DNA of 63,913 nt, the filler included, from Acidimicrobiia bacterium (GTDB lineage Bacteria; Actinomycetota; Acidimicrobiia; Spongiisociales; JAENVV01), in NCBI GenBank assembly GCA_041577335.1. It is 3 parts of 3 records of this genome, joined end to end, with 100 filler letters (N's around TTAATTAATTAA, not from the genome) between each part and the next. Parts side by side here need not be neighbours in the genome. Positions count along the whole stretch, not along the records: positions 47,494 to 63,913 come from JBFGJH010000073.1; 2 more parts are not named here. One strand, given 5' to 3'. Of this stretch, positions 60,278-63,913 are shown piece after piece. The first letter of the stretch is position 1, and each line of letters begins with the position of its first letter. The notes beneath the pieces are model-generated. The model did no database searches, had not been told where the DNA came from, and worked only from the letters and a program-made list of their open reading frames with translations. The position numbers were made by a program, and so were the translations under genes.

Positions 60278-61453
60278 ATGGAGACTCCCGACATCCAACT
60301 GGCGCGCCTCACAGAAGGCGCCGATGCCGTGGTCCCAGAAGAGGAGCTCCGTGAGCGGCTGGCGGAGGGCAAGCCCCTGCGAGTGAAGCTTGGCATGGAC
60401 CCCACGGCGCCTTCGGTCACCCTCGGCTGGGCGGTCGTACTGCGCAAGCTCCGCCAGTTCCAGGAGTTGGGACACACTGCCGTCCTCATCGTTGGCGATT
60501 TCACGGCCCAGGTGGGTGATCCCTCCGGAAAGAGCGAAACTCGGAGACGCCTGTCGGAAGCCGAGGTGCGGGGCTACGCCGACGAGTTGCTCGACCAGTT
60601 TGCTCGTGTGCTCCTGCCCGAACCTCTCGAGATCAGATACAACAGCGAATGGTTGGGAGCGCTGACGATGGCCGACGTGTTGGAACTCACCTCCAAGACC
60701 ACTGTCGCCCAGATGCTCGAACGGGAAGACTTTCGCAACCGATTCGAATCGGGACAGCCCATTTCCACGATGGAATTCATGTACCCCTTGCTTCAGGGAT
60801 ACGACAGTGTGGCCGTGGACGCCGACATCGAGCTCGGCGGGTCGGACCAACTGTGGAACAACATGATGGGTCGGGCCCTGATGGACCGCTACGGAAAACG
60901 CGGGCAGATGGTTCTCACAATGCCGCTTCTGGTCGGCACCGATGGTGTTCAGAAAATGTCGCAGTCACTTGGCAACTACGTCGGCATCAGCGAGGAGCCG
61001 TCCGAGATGTTTGGAAAGATCATGAGCATCCCCGATCTCCTGATGAAGTCCTACTTCGCGCTCCTCACCGACCTGGATCCGGTCGAGGTCGACGGTATCC
61101 TCGGCGGTCACGCAGGGCAGGCGAAGCGACGGCTCGCTGCCGAGATCGTGGCGTCTTTCCATGGGGCGCCGGCAGCTGCCGCCGCCGAGGACGCATTCGA
61201 TCGGGTGTTCAAGCAACACCAGGCACCCGAGGAGATGGTCTCGGTCTCCTTGGATGACAGCGACCCTGTGTTTCTTCCGGCGCTGATCGTCACGGCCGGT
61301 TTGACGAAGTCGAGCTCGGAAGCTCGCCGGATGCTCAGCCAGGGAGCCGTCAAAGTCGACGGAGTCAAAGTGGCCAACGAGCAGATGGCGCGTGCCGATT
61401 TGGCCGGCCGCGTCCTCCAAGTCGGCAAGCGCCGATTCGTCCGGTTGACGTGA
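60278..61453 (+). CDS. tyrS: Tyrosine-tRNA ligase
   Basis: KLGMDPTA, YPLLQGYD, GGSDQ, KMSQS, S4 domain ending VGKRRF. Confidence 0.97.
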   Translation: METPDIQLARLTEGADAVVPEEELRERLAEGKPLRVKLGMDPTAPSVTLGWAVVLRKLRQFQELGHTAVLIVGDFTAQVGDPSGKSETRRRLSEAEVRGYADELLDQFARVLLPEPLEIRYNSEWLGALTMADVLELTSKTTVAQMLEREDFRNRFESGQPISTMEFMYPLLQGYDSVAVDADIELGGSDQLWNNMMGRALMDRYGKRGQMVLTMPLLVGTDGVQKMSQSLGNYVGISEEPSEMFGKIMSIPDLLMKSYFALLTDLDPVEVDGILGGHAGQAKRRLAAEIVASFHGAPAAAAAEDAFDRVFKQHQAPEEMVSVSLDDSDPVFLPALIVTAGLTKSSSEARRMLSQGAVKVDGVKVANEQMARADLAGRVLQVGKRRFVRLT

Positions 61454-61507
61454 CGCCGAAGTTCATTCCTGGAAATCGCCGGTCGGGCCTGCGATGATGC
61501 GCTGCGT

Positions 61508-61942
61508 ATGGCCGACGACTACGTAGAAAAGGCATCCGTCCAGGCCGACCTCTATCTGACCGATGGATCGCACATCGAAGGCCAGGTGTACGTCGAGCCG
61601 GGACTGTCGCTGCTGGCATCGATGAAAGCGCTCCTCGTCGATGATCGCAGGCTGATCCCGTTCCGAGGTAGTTCGGGCGAACTGGTGTTTCTCGGCCGAG
61701 CAGCCGTCTCGGCGCTGCGCTTCGAGTTCGACGGAGGCATTCCCGCCGGGCTCGAGTCGTCCATCCACATGCAGACGACGCTCACCGGAGGCCATCTCAT
61801 CGAGGGGGTTCTGCATCTACCCGACACCGGCGGCCGGATCTCCGACATGCTGGATGCGGCCGACGCCTGGATGCTGCTCGTCGCCGACAACCTCGCCGTG
61901 TGGCTCGCCTCGGATCTCATCATCAAATGGGAGGCGCCCTAG
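61508..61942 (+). CDS. Hypothetical protein with two similar beta-rich halves
   Basis: LTDGSHIEGQVYV and LTGGHLIEGVLHL...RISDML; good coding bias. Confidence 0.65.
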   Translation: MADDYVEKASVQADLYLTDGSHIEGQVYVEPGLSLLASMKALLVDDRRLIPFRGSSGELVFLGRAAVSALRFEFDGGIPAGLESSIHMQTTLTGGHLIEGVLHLPDTGGRISDMLDAADAWMLLVADNLAVWLASDLIIKWEAP

Positions 61943-61970
61943 CCCACCCCCGGCGATGCTGTGTGATCGC

Positions 61971-62909
61971 TCACGGAACGGTGGCGAGCCTGGCGAAGGA
62001 ATCGACGATCACGTCGCTCTGCAGGTCCCTGCGCCTCATCAACGACGCATGCCCACCTGCCACCACCCGCAGGTCGCATCCATGCCAATGGTGAGCGAGA
62101 CGTTCGGTCGCCGACAAGGGGACATAGCCGTCTCGCTCTGCCGCCAACAAGACTGCAACTTCGGAATGGGGGAGCGGCGGGAGCTCGAGGATCGAAGCCG
62201 AGTCCAAGACATCGTGAAGTCGCTGAGGACCGTTCGGTCCGAGCCGATGCCAGGCAACTGCTTCGGATAGGACGGCGTCTACATAGACGACCGACGGCGA
62301 GTAGGCGGCCGCGACGGGCGCGACCGCCACAACCTGATCGCCCATCGTTGCAGCTGCCAATGCGGCCATTGAGCCGCCCATGGAATACCCGCTGAAGCCA
62401 AGTGCCCAACCTGCCCTGGCGAACCAGCGAGCCAGACCGATGCCCTCCGTCACGGTGACGCTCCCCAGGGTCAGCAGATCGGCAACCGTTCGTATCACTT
62501 GGCCGGGGTGGGTGCGGCGTTCGCCGTAGAACGGCGCCTCGAGGATTGCCGTTGCAACTCCTTTGTCGGCCAGCACCCCCGCCAGCTTGGCGCGGGTGCC
62601 AAAACCGTGATCATTGAAGGCCGCAAAGAGGACCACCAAACGCGTCGCGTCGACGGGGCGCGTCACCCGAACATTCACCACGCGAGCCGGTACCGGAAGG
62701 TGGTTGGCAAGCGGTGATTCGAACCGGAGCTCGTCCACAGGACGCACTGGTGTGCTGGAGGGCAGGGAGCGCGCTTCCACTCGATCGAGTGCGGCCGCGG
62801 GAGACCCTGGAGGCACGGCGTCGATAGCACCCCATCCGTCGATGAAGATCGGTTCGTAGAGTGCCGGCCGACGAGTGACCTCGACGCCGATTCGGTCCAT
62901 CCAATGCAT
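61971..62909 (-). CDS. Alpha/beta hydrolase (ABHD18/DUF2048-like)
   Basis: LEAPFYGERR, GYSMGG, RDGYVP, GGH. Confidence 0.85.
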   Translation of the reverse strand: MHWMDRIGVEVTRRPALYEPIFIDGWGAIDAVPPGSPAAALDRVEARSLPSSTPVRPVDELRFESPLANHLPVPARVVNVRVTRPVDATRLVVLFAAFNDHGFGTRAKLAGVLADKGVATAILEAPFYGERRTHPGQVIRTVADLLTLGSVTVTEGIGLARWFARAGWALGFSGYSMGGSMAALAAATMGDQVVAVAPVAAAYSPSVVYVDAVLSEAVAWHRLGPNGPQRLHDVLDSASILELPPLPHSEVAVLLAAERDGYVPLSATERLAHHWHGCDLRVVAGGHASLMRRRDLQSDVIVDSFARLATVP

Positions 62910-63022
62910 GCCGCCACGCTACCTAGGTGGTCGTTGGCAAGCAGGGGGAGGGGCGGTACAGTGGTAGCCGACAGCAACAGCTCCCGGTCTCCGACCCCAG
63001 TCGGCACGCCGGTTCTTTCGTT

Positions 63023-63052
63023 TTGCCGCGCAGCCGACAAAAATGATATAGT
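63023..63052 (+). promoter_or_regulatory. rRNA operon promoter
   Basis: TTGCCG-18 bp-TATAGT with an extended TG. Confidence 0.6.
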
Positions 63053-63186
63053 TGTCGTCTGCCCCCAATGGGCGCTGCATTGCAGTGCCTCGGGCAGCAC
63101 CCGCATTCAGGGTTTGAATCCCAAGAGTGCAAATGTGCCCAGTAGAACCACCTCGGTGGTTGCTTCTGGGACACAAAGAGCTAATG

Positions 63187-63201
63187 GCTCCTTGACAACT
63201 A
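63187..63201 (+). promoter_or_regulatory. rRNA leader boxA-like antitermination element
   Basis: GCTCCTTGACAACT resembles boxA GCTCTTTAACAA. Confidence 0.6.
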
Positions 63202-63472
63202 AACAGTGATGCCAAAAACCAGTTCGTCCGCATCTCTCCGGCTTGTCCGGCAGAGATGTAGACAGAGAGAGAGCCCAACGACGGCTCTCTCGTCTTCCTG
63301 TTCCGAGCGTAAGTGAGGAGCAGGCCGACACAGGTAAGTTCGATCCGTCAAAGATTGAACACACACATTGCCTGGGTCACTCAGAAAATGATTCCGTCTG
63401 CGGGGATTCCCCCTGCAGAGGTCTTCTGCTCTCGAGCAGCAGGTCGAGGATCTTCGGATCTTCCAAGGGTTT

Positions 63473-63913
<441 letters not shown>

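Noticed and set aside
63100..63132. tRNA-like T-loop GGGTTTGAATCCC in the rRNA leader
   Set aside because: An isolated hairpin with no D-arm, anticodon arm or acceptor stem

Overview
GC-rich actinobacterial DNA, most likely Acidimicrobiia, judged from the 16S 5' end, the SLH protein, the F420-type enzymes and the infC-pheST-argF-tyrS-rrn synteny. The window is three contigs joined by artificial 100-nt N/TTAATTAATTAA spacers (23719-23818, 47394-47493), so adjacency across the spacers means nothing. Contig 1 (1-23718) is a roughly 22-kb catabolic island: P450 with ferredoxin, PLP dehydratase, D-aminoacylase, amidohydrolase, FadR regulator, Opp/Dpp-type ABC transporter, S9 peptidase, enolase-superfamily enzyme and several dehydrogenases. 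It shows several decay lesions. Contig 2 carries a MarR/YczE/FMN-reductase unit, a REP/MITE-like repeat cluster and an NrdR-controlled class II RNR (nrdJ) with a long structured leader. After that comes a rearranged accessory region with a SARP/BTAD-STAND regulator, secreted proteins, a 130-bp direct repeat flanking a 1.4-kb insert and a mosaic pseudogene scar. It ends in a translationally coupled three-gene operon encoding a receptor-like transmembrane CHAT (caspase-family) protease, an Ig-domain lipoprotein and a soluble CHAT protease; this is the best candidate for an undescribed system. Contig 3 is core genome: ribBA(partial)-ribH-infC-rpmI-rplT-trmH-pheS-pheT-argF-mpg, envelope genes, tyrS and the start of a 16S rRNA gene. 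It has a 34-bp duplication at the pheS/pheT junction that creates a coupled 32-codon mini-ORF. All assignments come from reading motifs by eye; no database searches were run.
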